From Ylistrum balloti (Eukaryota): a stretch of DNA of 64,000 bases. Positions 1 to 14,678 of the stretch are shown here, in pieces. Location: positions 62,001 through 126,000 of the forward strand of contig NW_026782655.1 in assembly GCF_031769215.1 (NCBI RefSeq), in the 5' to 3' direction. The notes beneath the pieces are model-generated. The model was not told the origin of the DNA, made no database searches, and saw only the letters and a list, made by a program, of their open reading frames with translations. Position 1 is the first letter of the stretch, and each line of letters begins with the position of its first letter. A program made the translations under genes and the position numbers.

Positions 1-962
1 GTGTGCAAGGACTCAATTTTTCTTTTAAGCATTTATATATACATTTTTTTCAATTATATTTTCCCCGAAGATGGTGTAGAGTACCAGAGACGTAAATATC
101 ACATGTGATATATACGTCTCTGAGAGTACTATAACTATATTTAATATTGTTTGAAAAAAATAAATACTAGGGATTGCAGTGCCTCAAATAATTGTATCTA
201 GATCAGCGAAAAGCCTCTGTTAGGATTCAATATGTGTTCATCTACATACATGATTGCAATTACACAATTCCGCCTGCATGTGTGTAAAGACAGCACCTCA
301 ACCATTCTGTGAAGAAGAGCAATATATATAACATTTTTTTTTCCGGGACTTTTTGAGTTACCTTCACATACGATGTAGGCCTAATATGCGGTTCGAAACA
401 GCAGATTTTGCATTGACTCATACTTTAATATGTGGGTCAAAAGGGATGGCGGGATGAAAAATGAAAATTTCATTGTTAAAATTCATACAAACATACTAGA
501 CAAATGTTGGGTTGGAAATCGTATTTTTATTTTTATTATTATTATTTTTTGCGTTTTCTGTTAAATAAGTAAAATGTATCAACAAAGAATGTAGCATGGA
601 TATAAATAAGTGATATCAGGTTATATAAATAAGATTATAACAAGAGACCAAGCGAGACCTAACTGATGAGAAAGAGGGCATGGAAACTAAAATATTGAAA
701 AAAACGTAACCCTCTCCGAGATAATGTTAGACCCTTTGGCAATGAATTAAATCATTTTGGTAAAGCACTAAAGACCCTTCCATCCATGAAGTTTTATAAT
801 CTGCTCTATGTCGGTCTTGAGAAGAAAGTCTTTGAATATTCAATTAAGTTGACCAATTTGGGCCCGCCCATCAGCCCGTGGAAGCTGATCAGAATCACCT
901 AGTTCTAACCAAGTTTGAGTTATCCGATGGGCACTAAACAAACCATGAATAACAATAGCAAT

Positions 963-3900
963 AGGGAGGATCGTTGATATAGGTAACATGGAGGGGGAGG
1001 AGGGAGGATCGTTGATATAGGTAACATGGAGGGTGAGGATGGAGTATCGTTGATATAGGTAACATGGAGGGGGAGGAGTGAGGGTCGTTGATATAGGTAA
1101 CATGGAGGGGGAGGAGGGAGGGTCTTTGATATAGGTAACATGGAGGGGGAGGAGGGAGGGTCGTTGATATAGGTAACATTGGGGGTGGAGGGAGGATCGT
1201 GATATAGGTAGCACGAGGGGAGGAGGGAGGATCGTTGATATAGGTAACATAGAGGAGGGGGGAGGGAGGATCGTTGATATAGGTAACATAGAGGGGGAGG
1301 ATGGAGGGTCGTTAATATACGTAACATGTAGGGGGAGGAGGGAGGGTCGTTGATATAGGTAAAATGCAGGATGAGGATGGCGTATCGTTGATGTAGGTAA
1401 CATGGAGGGTGAAGGAGAGGATATTTAGATATAGGTAATATGGAGGGGGAGGGGGGAGGATGGAGAATCGTTGATATAGGTAACATGGAAGGGGAGGAGG
1501 GAGGATCGTTGACATAGGTAACATAGAGGGGAGGAGGGAGGATATTTGATATAGGTAACATGGGGGGAGGAGGGAGGATCGTTGATATAGGTAACATGGA
1601 GAGTGAGGATAGGGGATCGTTGATATAAGTAACATGGAGGGTGAGGATGGAGTATCGTTGATATAGGTAACATGCAGAGTGAGGATGGAGGATCGTTGAT
1701 ATAAGTAACATGGGGAGGAGGGAGGATCGTTGATATAGGTAGTACATGGGGGTGGTGTGAAGAGAGGGTCGTTGATATAGGTAACATGGAGGGGGAGGAT
1801 GGAGGGTCGTTGATAAAGGTAATATGGAGGGGGAGGCGAGATTATCGTTGATATAGGTAGCACATGGGGGTGGGGTGGAGGGAGGGTCGTTGATATAGGT
1901 AACATGGAGGGGAAGGCGAGATTATCGTTAATAAAGGTAACATAGAGGGAAGGAGGGAGGACCGTTGATATAGGTAACATTGGGAGTGGAGGGTGGGTCG
2001 TTGTTATAGATAACATAGAGGAGGAGGAGGGAGGATAGTTGATATAGGTAAAATGGAGGGAAGGAGGGAGGACCGTTGATATAGGTAACATGAGGGGAGG
2101 AGGGAGGATTGTTTGTTAAAGGTAACATGGAGGGGGAGGATCATTGATATAAGTAACATGGAGGGTGGGGTGGAGGGAGGATCGTTGATATAGGTAACAT
2201 GGAAGGGGAGGATGGAGGGTCGTTGATATAGGTAACATGGAGGGGGAGGCGAGATTATCGTTGATATAGGTAACATAGAGGGGGAGGATGGAGGGTCGTT
2301 GATATAGGTAACATGCAGGGGGAGGAGGGAGGATCGTTGATATAAGTAACGTGGGGGAGGAGGGAGGATCGTTGATATAGGTAGCACATGGGGTTGGGGT
2401 GGAGGGAGGATCGTTGATATAGGTAACATAGAGGGGGAGGATGGAGGGTCGTTGATATACGTAACATGCAGGGGGAGGAGGGAGGGCCGTTGATATAGGT
2501 AACATGGAGGGTGAAGGGGAGGATAGTTAAATATAGGTAATATGGAGGGGGAGGATGGAGAATCGTTGATATAGGTAACATGGAGGGGGAGGAGGGAGGA
2601 TCGTGATATAGGTAGCATGAGGGGAGGAGGGAGGATCGTTGATATAGGTAACATGGAAGGGGTGGTGGGAGGCTCGTGATATAGGTAGCTCGAGGGGAGG
2701 AGGGAGGATCGTTGATATAGGTAACATGCAAGGTGAGGATGGAGGATCGTTGATATAAGTAACATGGGGGGAGGAGGGAGGATCGTTGATATATGTAGTA
2801 CATGGGGGTGGTGTGAAGGGAGGGTCGTTGATATAGTTAACATGGAGGGGGAGGATGGAGGGTCGTTGATATAAGTAGCACATGGGGGCGAGTGGAGGGA
2901 GGGTCGTTGATATAGGTAACATGGAGGGGAAGGCGAGATTATCGTTGATATAGGTAACATAGAGGGAAGGAGGGAGAATAGTTGATATAGGTAACATGCA
3001 GGATGTGGATGGCGTATCGTTGATGTAGGTAACATGGAGGGTGAAGGGGAGGATAGTTAAATATAGGTTATATGGAGGGGGAGGGGGAAGTGGAGAATCG
3101 TTGATATAGGTAACATGGAGGGGGAGGAGGGAGGATCGTTAAATATAGGTAACATGGAGGGAGAGGAGGGAGGGTCGTTGATATAGGTAACATGGAGGGA
3201 AGGAGGAAGGATAGTTGATATAGGTTTTATGGAGGGGGAAGGGGAGGATAGTTAAATATAGGTAACATGTGGGGGGAGGAGGGTGGGTCGTTGATATAGA
3301 TAACATGGAGGGAAGGTGGGAGGATCGTGATATAGGTAGCATGAGGGGAGGAGGGAGGATCGTTGATATAGATAACATGGGGAGGAGGGAGGACCGTTGA
3401 TATAGGTAACATTGGGGGAGGATGGAGGATCGTGATATAGGTAGCAAGGGGGGAGGAGGGAGGATTGTTTGATATAGGTAACATGAAATGGAGGAAGAGG
3501 ATTGTTTGATATAGGTAACATGGAGAGAGAGGAGGGAGGGTCATTGATATAAGTAACATGCAGAGGGAGGGGGAGGACGAGGATGGAGGATCGTTGATAA
3601 AGGTAACATGCAGGGTGAGGAACGAGCATCGTTGATATAGGTAAGATGGGGGGAGGATGTAGGATAGTTGATATAGGTTACATGGGGAGGAGGGAGGACC
3701 GTTGATATAGGGGGCATGGGGGTAGGAGGGATGATCGTTGATATAGGTGACATGGGGGAAAGGAGGAAGGATCGTTGATATAGGTAACATGCAGGGGGAG
3801 GAGGGTGGGTCGTTGATGTAGGTAACATGGAGCGAAAGGAGGGTATCGTTGATATAGGTAACATGGATGGGGAGGAGGGAGGACCGTTGATATAGATAAC

Positions 3901-5030
3901 ATGGAGGGAAGGAGGGAGGACCGTTGATATAGGTAGCATGAGGGGAGGAGGGAGGATCGTTGGTATAGGTAACATGGGGGAGGAGGGAGGACCGTTGATA
4001 TAGGTGGCATGGGGGTAGGAGGGCGGACTGTTGATATAGGTTACATTGGGGAGGAGGGAGGATCGTGATATAGGTAGCAAGGGGGGAGGAGGGAGGATTG
4101 TTTGATATAGGTAACATGAAATGGAAGAGGGGGATTGTTTGATATAGGTAACATGGAGAGAGAAGGGAGGGTCATTGATATAAGTAACATGCAGAGGAAG
4201 GGGGAGGGCGAGGATGGAGGATCGTTGATAAAGGTAACATGCAGGGTAAGGATGGAGTATCGTTGATATAAGTAAGATGGAGGGTTAGGATGGAGGATCG
4301 TTGATATAGGTAACATGGGGGGAGGTAGTAGGATCGTTGATATAGGTTATATGGGGGAGGAGGAAGGACCGTTGATATAGAGGGCATGGGGGTAGGAGGG
4401 ATGGTCATTGATATAGGTGACATGGGGGAAAGGAGGAAGGATCGTTGATATAGGTAACATGAAGGGGGAGGAGGGTGGGTCGTTGATGTAGGTAACATGG
4501 AGGGGAAGGAGGGAGTATCGTTGATATAGATAACATGGAGGGGGAGGAGAGTGATAGTTGATATAGGTAACATGGAGGGGGAGGAGGGAGGACCGTTGAT
4601 ATAGGTAACATTGGGGGAGAGGGGAGGATCGTGATATAGGTAACATAGAGGAGGAGGAGGAGGAGGAGGAATGATAGTTGATATAGGTAACATGGAGGGA
4701 AGGAGGGAAGACCGTTGATATAGGTTACATTTGGGGAGAGGGGAGGATCGTAATATATGTAGCATGAGGGGAGGAGGGAGGATCGTTGATATAGGTAACA
4801 TAGAGGGGAGGAGGGAGGATAGTTGATATAGGTAACAATGGGGGTAGAGGGGGGAATCGTGATATAGGTAACATGGAGGAGGAGGTGAAATGATAGGTGA
4901 TATAGGTAACATGGAGGGAAGGAGGGAGGACCGTTGATATAGGTAACATTGGGGGAGAGGGGAGGATCGTGATATAGGTAGCATGAGGGGAGGAGGGAGG
5001 ATCGTTGATATAGGTAGCATTGATGGGAAG
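963..5030. repeat. G-rich minisatellite array, ~37-38 bp unit (core TCGTTGATATAGGTAACAT + GGAGGGGGAGGAGGGAG), ~110 copies
   Basis: Continuous tandem repetition read directly. The Pro/Ser/Tyr-rich minus-strand ORFs here are translations of the repeat. Confidence 0.97.
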
Positions 5031-5629
5031 GAAGAAGAAACGTTGTCACAACTAAATATCGAAATCGCCATAAGTAATTAACCTGTTGCTATATCTAAAA
5101 TGCTTTTATTTTTTTTATTAGAAATCCTCTTTTTTCCGTTTAGCTTTAGTCAACTTGCTTTATCCTTTTATATATTAATATTAATTTTTAGATATCTTAG
5201 TAGGACAGAAAACAACATCCAGTAAATCATCATCTCTCTTTACAAAATGTGCCACAACGGATGTATATTCAGGTAAAAATTTTAATAAAACGGAAAAAAA
5301 ACAATATCATAGTTAAGAATCTAACTGACTAGAATTGTTAGATTCTTTACATGTATATACATATATCCATTTTATTTATTCAATGAAAGGAAATATTTGA
5401 CAACAGAATGAAACATTTCAACATATTTATTGAAGGAAGTAGCTTAATAAATAACAACAGGAAAATCAAACATGTCTGAAGTAAAATCCAAGTTTTGCTA
5501 AGTTCTTTAAGAATTTAACTTCGTAGAAAATTAAGACACTAACCAAGAGAGCAAACTCTCAAGTTTTGATTGATTAATCAACTTCCTCAACATTTCATCT
5601 CTCAACAATACAAATTAAATCACATTTAT

Positions 5630-8600
5630 GTGTGTATTGTCTATACTCACATGTTGTATAAGTGTTACATTGATGTCCTGTTGTCGATACTGTAGTGTTG
5701 TACAGGTGTTACATTGATGTGCTGTTGTCTACACTATAAGTGTTGTATAAGTGTTACATTGATGCCCTGTTCATATTATAAGTGTTGTAGAAGTGTTACA
5801 TTGATGTCCTTTTGTCTATACTGAAGTGTTGTACAAGTGTTACATTGATGTCTTGTTGTCTATACCGTTAGTGTTGTACAATTGTTACAGTGATGCCCTA
5901 TTGTCTATACTACAGGTGTTGTAGAAGTGTTACATTGATGCCCTGTTTATATTATAAGTGTTGTATAAGTGTTACATTGATGTCCTGTTGTCTATACCGT
6001 TAGTGTTGTACAAGTGTTACATTGAAGCCCTATTGTCTACACTATAAGTGTTGTACAAGTGTTACATTGATGTCCTGTTGTCTATACTGTAGTGTTGCAT
6101 AAGTGTTACATTGATGTCCTGTTGTCTATACTGTAGTATTGTACAAGTGTTACATTGATGTCCTGTTGTCTATATTATAAGTGTTGTATAAGTGTTACAT
6201 TGATGCCCTATTTTCTATACTATAAGTGTTGTATAAGTGTTACAGTGATGCCCTATTGTCTATACTACAGGTGTTGTAGAAGTGTTACATTGATGCCCTG
6301 TTTATATTATAAGTGTTGTACAAGTGTTACATTGATGTCCTGTTGTCTATACTAAACGTGTTGTATAAGTTTTACATTGATGTCCTGTTGTCTATACCGT
6401 TAGTGTTGTACAAGTGTTACATTGATGCCCTATTGTCTATATTATAAGTGTTGTATAAGTGTTACATTGATGTCCTGTTGTCTATACTGTTAGTGTTGTA
6501 CAAGTGTTACATTGAAGATGTACACTATAAGTGTTGTCAAGTGTTACATGACTATAAGTTGTTGCATAAGTGTTACATTGATGCCCTGTTGTCTATACTA
6601 TACGTGTTGTATACGTGTTACATTGATGCCCTATTGTCTATACTGTTAGTGTTGTACAAGTGTTACATTGAAGCCCTATTGTCTACACTATAAGTGTTGT
6701 ACAAGTGTTACATTGATGCCCTGTTGTCTATACTATAAGTGTTGTATACGTGTTACATTGATGCCCTATTGTCTATACTATAAGTGTTGTATAAGTGTTA
6801 CATTGATGTCCTGTTGTCTATACTGTGAGTGTTGTATAAGTGTTACATTGATGCCCTATTTTCTATACTATAAGTGTTGTATAAGTGTTACATTGATGCC
6901 CTATTGTCTATACTATAAGTGTTGTATAAGTGTTACATTGATGCCCTGTCTATATTATAAGTGTTGTAGAAGTGTTACATTGATGTCCTGTTGTCTATAC
7001 TGTAGTGTTGTACAGGTGTTACATTGATGTCCTATTTATATTATAAGTGTTGTAGAAGTGTTATATTGATGTCCTGTTGTCTATACTGTAGTATTGTACA
7101 AGTGTTACATTGATATCATGTTGTCTATATTATAAGTGTTGTATAAGTGTTACATTGATGTCCTGTTGTCTATACTATAAGTGTTGTATAAGTGTTACAT
7201 TGAATTGTCTATACTATAAGTGTTGTACAAGTGTTACTGATGTCCTGTTGTATTGATGCCCTGTTGTCTATACTATAAGTGTTGTACAAGTGTTACATTG
7301 ATGTCCTGTTGTCTATACTATAAGTGTTGTATAAGTGTTACATTGATGTCCTGTTGTCTATACCGTTAAGTGTTGTACAAGTGTTACATTGATGTCCTGT
7401 TGTCTATACTATAAGTGTTGTATAAGTGTTACATTGATGTCCTGTTGTCTATACCGTTAGTGTTGTACAAGTGTTACATTGAAGCCCTATTGTTACAGTG
7501 TTACATTGATGTCCTGTTGTCTATACTGTAAGTGTTGTATAAGTGTTACATTGATGCCCTATTGTCTATGCTATAAGTGTTGTATAAGTGTTACATTGAT
7601 GCCCTATTTTCTATACTATAAGTGTTGTATAAGTGTTACATTGATGCCCTATTGTCTATACTATAAGTGTTGTATAAGTGTTACATTGATGTCCTGTTGT
7701 CTATAATATAAGTGTTTTACAAGTGTTACATTGATGTCCTGTTGTCTATATTATAAGTGTTTTATAAGTGTTACATTGATGTCCTGTGGTCTATAATATA
7801 AGTGTTGTACAAGTGTTACATTGATGTCCTGTTGTCTATGTTATAAGTGTTGTACAAGTGTTACATTGATGTCCTGTTGTCTATACTATAAGTTTTGTAT
7901 AAGTGTTACATTGATGCCATGTTGTCTATACTACAGGTGTTGTAGAAGTGTTACATTGATGCCCTGTTTATATTATAAGTGTTGTACAAGTGTTACATTG
8001 ATGTCCTGTTGTCTATACTATAAGTGTTGTATAAGTGTTACATTGATGTCCTGTTGTCTATACCGTTAGTGTTGTACAAGTGTTACATTGATGCCCTATT
8101 GTCTATACTATAAGTGTTGTACAAGTGTTACATTGATGTCCTGTTGTCTATACTGTAGTGTTGCATAAGTGTTACATTGATGCCCTGTTGTCTATACTAT
8201 AAGTGTTGTATACGTGTTACATTGATGCCCTATTGTCTATACTATAAGTGACGTACAAGTGTTACATTGATGTCCTGTTGTCTATACTGTAAGTTTTGTA
8301 TAAGTGTTACATTGATGCCATGTTGTCTATACTATAAGTGTTGTATAAGTGTTACATTGATGTCCTGTTGTCTATACTGTAAGTGTTGTATAAGTGTTAC
8401 ATTGATGCCCTATTGTCTATGCTATAAGTGTTGTATAAGTGTTACATTGATGCCCTATTTTCTATACTATAAGTGTTGTGTAAGTGTTACAGTGATGCCC
8501 TATTGTCTATACTACAGGTGTTGTAGAAGTGTTACATTGATGCCCTGTTTATATTATAAGTGTTGTACAAGTGTTACATTGATGTCCTGTTGTCTATACC

Positions 8601-10965
8601 GTTAGTGTTGTACAAGTGTTACATTGAAGCCCTATTGTCTACACTATAAGTGTTGTACAAGTGTTACATTGATGTCCTGTTGTCTATACTGTAGTGTTGC
8701 ATAAGTGTTACATTGATGCCCTGTTGTCTATACTATAAGTGTTGTATAAGTGTTACATTGATGTCCTGTTGTCTATACTACAGGTGTTGTAGAAGTGTTA
8801 CATTGATGCCCTGTTTATATTATAAGTGATGTACAAGTGTTACATTGATGTCCTGTTGTCTATACTATAAGTTTTGTATAAGTGTTACATTGATGGCATG
8901 TTGTCTATACTATAAGTGTTGTATAAGTGTTACATTGATGCCCTATTTTCTATACTATAAGTGTTGTATAAGTGTTACATTGATGCCCTGTCTATATTAT
9001 AAGTGTTGTAGAAGTGTTACATTGATGTCCTGTTGTCTATACTGTAGTGTTGTACAGGTGTTACATTGATGTCCTATTTATATTATAAGTATTGTACAAG
9101 TGTTACATTGATGTCCTGTTGTCTATATTATAAGTGTTGTATAAGTGTTACACTGATGTCCTCTTGGCTATACTATAAGTGTTGTACAAGTGTTACATTG
9201 ATGTCCTGTTGTCTATACTATAAGTGATGTACAAGTGTTACATTGATGTCCTGTTGTCTATACTATAAGTTTTGTATAAGTGTTACATTGATGCCATGTT
9301 GTCTATACTATAAGTGTTGTATAAGTGTTACATTGATGTCCTGTTGTCTATACCGTTAGTGTTGTACAAGTGTTACATTGAAGCCCTATTGTCTACACTA
9401 TAAGTGTTGTACAAGTGTTACATTGATGTCCTGTTGTCTATACTGTAAGTGTTGTATAAGTGTTACATTGATGCCCTATTGTCTATGCTATAAGTGTTGT
9501 AAGTTTTGTATAAGTGTTACATTGATGCCATGTTGTCTATACTATAAGTGTTGTATAAGTGTTACATTGATGCCCTATTGTCTATACTATAAGTGTTGTA
9601 TAAGTGTTACATTGATGCCCTGTCTATATTATAAGTGTTGTAGAAGTGTTACATTGATGTCCTGTTGTCTATACTGTAGTGTTGTACAGGTGTTACATTG
9701 ATGTCCTATTTATATTATAAGTATTGTACAAGTGTTACATTGATGTCCTGTTGTCTATATTATAAGTGTTGTATAAGTGTTACACTGATGTCCTCTTGGC
9801 TATACTATAAGTGTTGTACAAGTGTTACATTGATGTCCTGTTGTCTATACTATAAGTTTTGTATAAGTGTTACATTGATGCCCTGTTGTCTATACTATAA
9901 GTGTTGTATACGTGTTACATTGATGCCCTATTGTCTATATTATAAGTGTTGTATAAGTGTTACACTGATGTCCTCTTGTCTATACTATAAGTGTTGTACA
10001 AGTGTTACATTGATGTCCTGTTGTCTATACTATAAGTGTTGTACAAGTGTTACATTGATGTCCTGTTGTCTATACTATAAGTGTTGTACAAGTGTTACAT
10101 TGATGTCCTGTTGTCTATACTATAAGTTTTGTATAAGTGTTACATTGATGCCATGTTGTCTATACTATAAGTGTTGTATAAGTGTTACATTGATGCCCTA
10201 TTGTCTATACTATAAGTGTTGTATAAGTGTTACATTGATGCCCTGTTGTCTATATTATAAGTGTTGTATAAGTGTTACCTGATGTCCTGTTGTCTATACT
10301 ATAAGTGTTGTACAAGTGTTACATTGATGTCCTGTTGTCTATACTATAAGTGTTGTACAAGTGTTACATTGATGTCCTATACTATAAGTTGTATAGTGTT
10401 TATAAGTGTTGTACAAGTGTTACATTGATGTCCTGTTGTCTATACTATAAGTGTTGTACAAGTGTTACATTGATGTCCTGTTGTCTATACTATAAGTGTT
10501 GTACAAGTGTTACATAGATGTCCTGTTGTCTATACTATAAGTGATGTACAAGTGTTACATTGATGTCCTGTTGTCTATACTATAAGTTTTGTATAAGTGT
10601 TACATTGATGCCATGTTGTCTATACTATAAGTGTTGTATAAGTGTTACATTGATGTCCTGTTGTCTATACTGTAAGTGTTGTATAAGTGTTACATTGATG
10701 TCCTGTTGTCTATACTATAAGTGTTGTACGAGTGTTACATTGATGTCCTGTTTTCTATACTATAAGTGTTGTACAAGTGTTACATTGATGCCCTGTTGTC
10801 TATACTATAAGTGTTGTAGAAGTGTTACATTGATGTCCTGTTGTCTATGTTATAAGTGTTGTACAAGTGTTACATTGATGTCCTGTTGTCTATACTATAA
10901 GTGTTGTATAAGTGTTACATTGATGTCCTGTTGTCTATACTATAAGTGTTGTATAAGTGTTACAG
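5630..10965. repeat. 45-bp minisatellite (GTGTTACATTGATGTCCTGTTGTCTATACTATAAGTGTTGTACAA), ~118 copies
   Basis: Tandem 45-bp period, reflected in the 15-aa repeat SVTLMSCCLYYKCCT of the spurious ORFs. Confidence 0.97.
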
Positions 10966-13900
10966 ATGTCTTTGTTGTCGTCTTGGTTTTCCTCTGTTTT
11001 AACGATATCTTTGTTGTCGTGTTATTTTTCTCTGTTTTAACGATATCTTTGTTGTCGTGTTGGTTTTCCTCTGTTTTAACGATATCTTTGCAGTCCTAAT
11101 GTATTTCCTCTGTTTAGACGATGTCTTTGTTGTCGTAATGTTCTTCCTCTGTTTTAACGATATCAAAGTTGTCGTGTTGGTTTTCCTCAGTGTAAACGAT
11201 ATCTTTGCAGTCCTAATGTTTTTCCTCTGTTTTAACGATGTCTTTGTTGTCGTGTTGGTTTTTCTCTATTTTAACGATGTCTTTGATGTCGTGTTGTTTT
11301 TCATCTGTTTTAACGATATCTGAACTGTCGTTATGTTCTTCCTCTGTTTTAACGATGTCTTTGTTGTCGTGTTGGTTTTCCTCTGTTTTAACGATGTCTT
11401 TGTTGTCGTGTTGTTTTTCCTCTGTTTTAACGATTTCTTTGTTGTCGTAATGCTTTTTCTCTGTTTTAACGATGTCTTTGTTGTCGTGTTGGTTTTCTCT
11501 GTTTTAACGTTTTCTTTGTTGTCGTTTTGGTTTACTCTGTTTTAACGATGTCTTTTTTGTCGTGTTGGTTTCCTCTGTTTTAACGATATCTTTGTTGTCG
11601 TAATGTTTTTCCTCTGTTTTAACGATGTCTTTGTTGTCGTGTTGTTTTTCCTCTGTTTTAACGATGTCTTTGATGTCGTGTTGTTTTTCCTCTGTTTTAA
11701 CGATGTCTTTGTTGTCGTGTTGGTTTTCCTCTGTTTTAACGATGTCTTTGTTGTCGTGTTGGTTTTCCTCTGTTTTAACGATTTCTTTGTTGTCGTGTTG
11801 TATTTCCTTTGTTTTAACGATGTCTTTGTTGTAGTGTTGGTTTTACTCTGTTTTAACGATTTCTTTCTTATAGTGTTGCTTTTACTCTGTTTTAACGATG
11901 TCTTTGTTTTCGTGTTGGTTTTACTCTGTTTTAACGATGTCTTTGTTGTCGTAATGCTTTTCCTCTGTTTTAACGATATCTTTGTTGTCGTGTTGGTTTT
12001 ATCTGTTTTAACGGTGTCTTTGTTGTCGTGTTGTTTTTCCTCTGTTTTAACGATTTCTTTGATGTCGTGTTGTTTTTCCTCTGTTTTAACGATTTCTTTG
12101 TTGTCGTGTTGTTTTTCCTATGTTTTAACGATGTCTTTGTTGTAGTGTTGGTTTTCCTCTGTTTTAACGATGTCTTTGTTGTAGTGTTGGTTTTCCTCTG
12201 TTTTAACGATATCTTTGTTGTCGTGTTGGTTTTACTCTGTTTTAACGATGTCTTTGTTGTCGTGTTGTTTTTCTCTGTTTTAACGATGTCTTTGTTGTCG
12301 TCTTGGTTTTCCTCTGTTTTAACGATATCTTTGTTGTCGTGTTATTTTTCTCTGTTTTAACGATATCTTTGTTTTTTTTTAACGATTTCTTTGTTGTCGT
12401 GTTGTTTTTCCTCTGTTTTAACGATGTCTTTGTTGTCGTGTTGGTTTTCCTCTGTTTTAAAGATGTCTTTGTTGTCGTGTTGGTTTTCCTCTGTTTTAAC
12501 GATGTCTTTGTTGTCGTGTTGTTTTTCCTCTGTTTTAACGATGTCTTTGTTGTCGTGTTGGTTTTCCTCTGTTTTAACGATGTCTTTGTTGTCGTGTTGG
12601 TTTTCCTCTGTTTTAACGATGTCCTTGTTGTCGTGTTGGTTGTTTTAACGATGTCTTTGTTGTCGTGTTTGTTTTCCTCTGTTTTAACGATGTCTTTGTT
12701 GTCGTGTTGTTTTTCCTCTGTTTTAACGATTTCTTTGTTGTCGTGTTGGTTTTCCTCTGTTTTAACAACGTCTTTGATGTCGTGTTGTTTTTCCTCTGTT
12801 TTAACGATATCTTTGATGTCGTGGTGTTAGTTTTCCTCTGTTTTAACGATGTCTCTGTTATCGTGTTCGTTTTATTCTCTTTGAACGATTTCTGTGTTGT
12901 CGTGTTGATTTTCTCTGTTTTAGCGATGTCTTTGATGTCGTGTTGTTTCTCCTTTGTTTTAACGATTTCTTTGTTGTCGTGTTGGTTTTCCTCTGTTTTA
13001 GCGATGTCTTTGTTATCGTGTTTGTTTTCCTCTGTTTTAACGATGTCTTTGATGTCGTGTTGTTTTTCCTCTTTTTTTAACGATATCTTTACGGTCGTTA
13101 TGTTCTGCCTCTGTTTTAACGATGTCTTTGTTGTCGTGTTGGTTTTCCTCTTTTTTAACGATGTCTTTGTTGTCATGTTTGTTTTCCTCTGTTTTAACGA
13201 TGTCTTTGTTATCGTGTTCGTTTTATGCTCTTTGAACGATTTCTGCGTTGTCGTGTTGTTTTTCCTCTGTTTTAACGATTTTTTTGTTTTCGTAATGCTT
13301 TTACTCTGTTTTAACGATGTCTTTGTTGTCGTGTTGGTTTTCTCTGTTTTCGTGTTGTTTTTACTCTGTTTTAACGATGTCTTTGTTGTCATGTTGGTTT
13401 TCCTCTGTTTTAACGATGTCTTTGTTGTCGTGATGTTTTTCCTCTGTTTTAACGATGTCTTTGTTGTCGTAATGTTTTTCCTCTGTTTTAACGATGTCTT
13501 TGTTGTCGTGTTGGTTTTCCTCTGTTTTAACGATGTCTTTGTTATCGTGTTCGTTTTATTCTCTTTGAACGATTTCTGCGTTGTCGTGTTGTTTTTCCTC
13601 TGTTTTAACGATTTTTTTGTTTTCGTAATGCTTTTACTCTGTTTTAACGATGTCTTTGTTGTCGTGTTGGTTTTCTCTGTTTTAACGATTTCTTTGTTGT
13701 CGTGTTGTTTTTCCTCTGTTTTAACGATGTCTTTGTTGTCGTGTTGTTTTTCCTCTGTTTTAACGATGTCTTTGTTGTCGTGTTGTTTTTCCTCTGTTTT
13801 AACGATATCTTTACGGTCGTTATGTTCTTCCTCTGTTTTAACGATATCTTGGTTGTCGTGTTGGTTTTCCTCTGTTTTAACGATATCTTTGTTGTCGTGT

Positions 13901-14585
13901 TGGTTTTCCTCAGTGTAAACGATATCTTTTCAGTCCTAATGTTTTTCCTCTGTTTTAACGATGTCTTTGTTGTCGTGTTGGGTTTTCTCTATTTTAACGA
14001 TGTCTTTGATGTCGTGTTGTTTTTCATCTGTTTTAACGATATCTGAACTGTCGTTATGTTCTTCCTCTGTTTTAACGATGTCTTTGTTGTCGTGTTGTTT
14101 GTTTTATACTGTTTTAACGATGTCTTTGTTGTCGTGTTGTTTTTCCTCTGTTTTAACGATGTCTTTGTTGTCGTGTTGGTTTTCCTCTGTTTTAACGATG
14201 TCTTTGTTTTCATGTTGGTTTTCCTCTGTTTTAACGATGTCTTTGATGTCGTGTTGTTTTTCCTCTGTTTTAACGATATCTTTACGGTCGTTATGTTCTT
14301 CCTCTGTTTTAACGATATCTTTTATGCTTTTATTCTGTTTTAACGATGTCTTTGTTGTCGTGTTGGTTTTCTCTGTTTTAACGATTTCTTTGTTGTCGTG
14401 TTGTTTTTCCTCTGTTTTAACGATATCTTTTTTGTAGTGTTCGTTTGATTCTGTTTTAACGATTTCTTTGTTGTCGTGTTGGTTTACTCTGTTTTGACGA
14501 TGTCATTTTTTGTCGTGTTTTTTCTCTGTATATAACGAACAAAACAATCGTGTTGTTGTTTTTCCGGCTGTTTTAACGATATCTT
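10966..14585. repeat. 39-bp minisatellite (TTAACGATGTCTTTGTTGTCGTGTTGGTTTTCCTCTGTT), ~90 copies
   Basis: Tandem 38-39 bp period, reflected in the 13-aa repeat NDVFVVVLVFLCF of the spurious ORFs. Confidence 0.97.
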
Positions 14586-14678
14586 GGAATGGTGTTGCAG
14601 ATTTTTCTCTGGATATAGGTTTTGTTTAAGTATTTCGTTAGTGTTCACTTGTCTATAAATGATGTACAAGTGATACAG

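Noticed and set aside
640-930. Possible NUMT or pseudo-exon (frame with several TGA)
   Set aside because: Reading TGA as Trp gave no recognisable mitochondrial or nuclear protein.
963-5030. CRISPR-like look (constant core plus variable linker)
   Set aside because: The linkers are variants of one G-rich sequence rather than unique spacers; no cas genes; eukaryotic context.
840-14670. Dozens of long Pro-, Cys- or Val/Phe-rich ORFs (metallothionein-, keratin- or mucin-like)
   Set aside because: They are in-frame translations of 37-45 bp satellites, overlap in several frames and strands, and have no unique domains.
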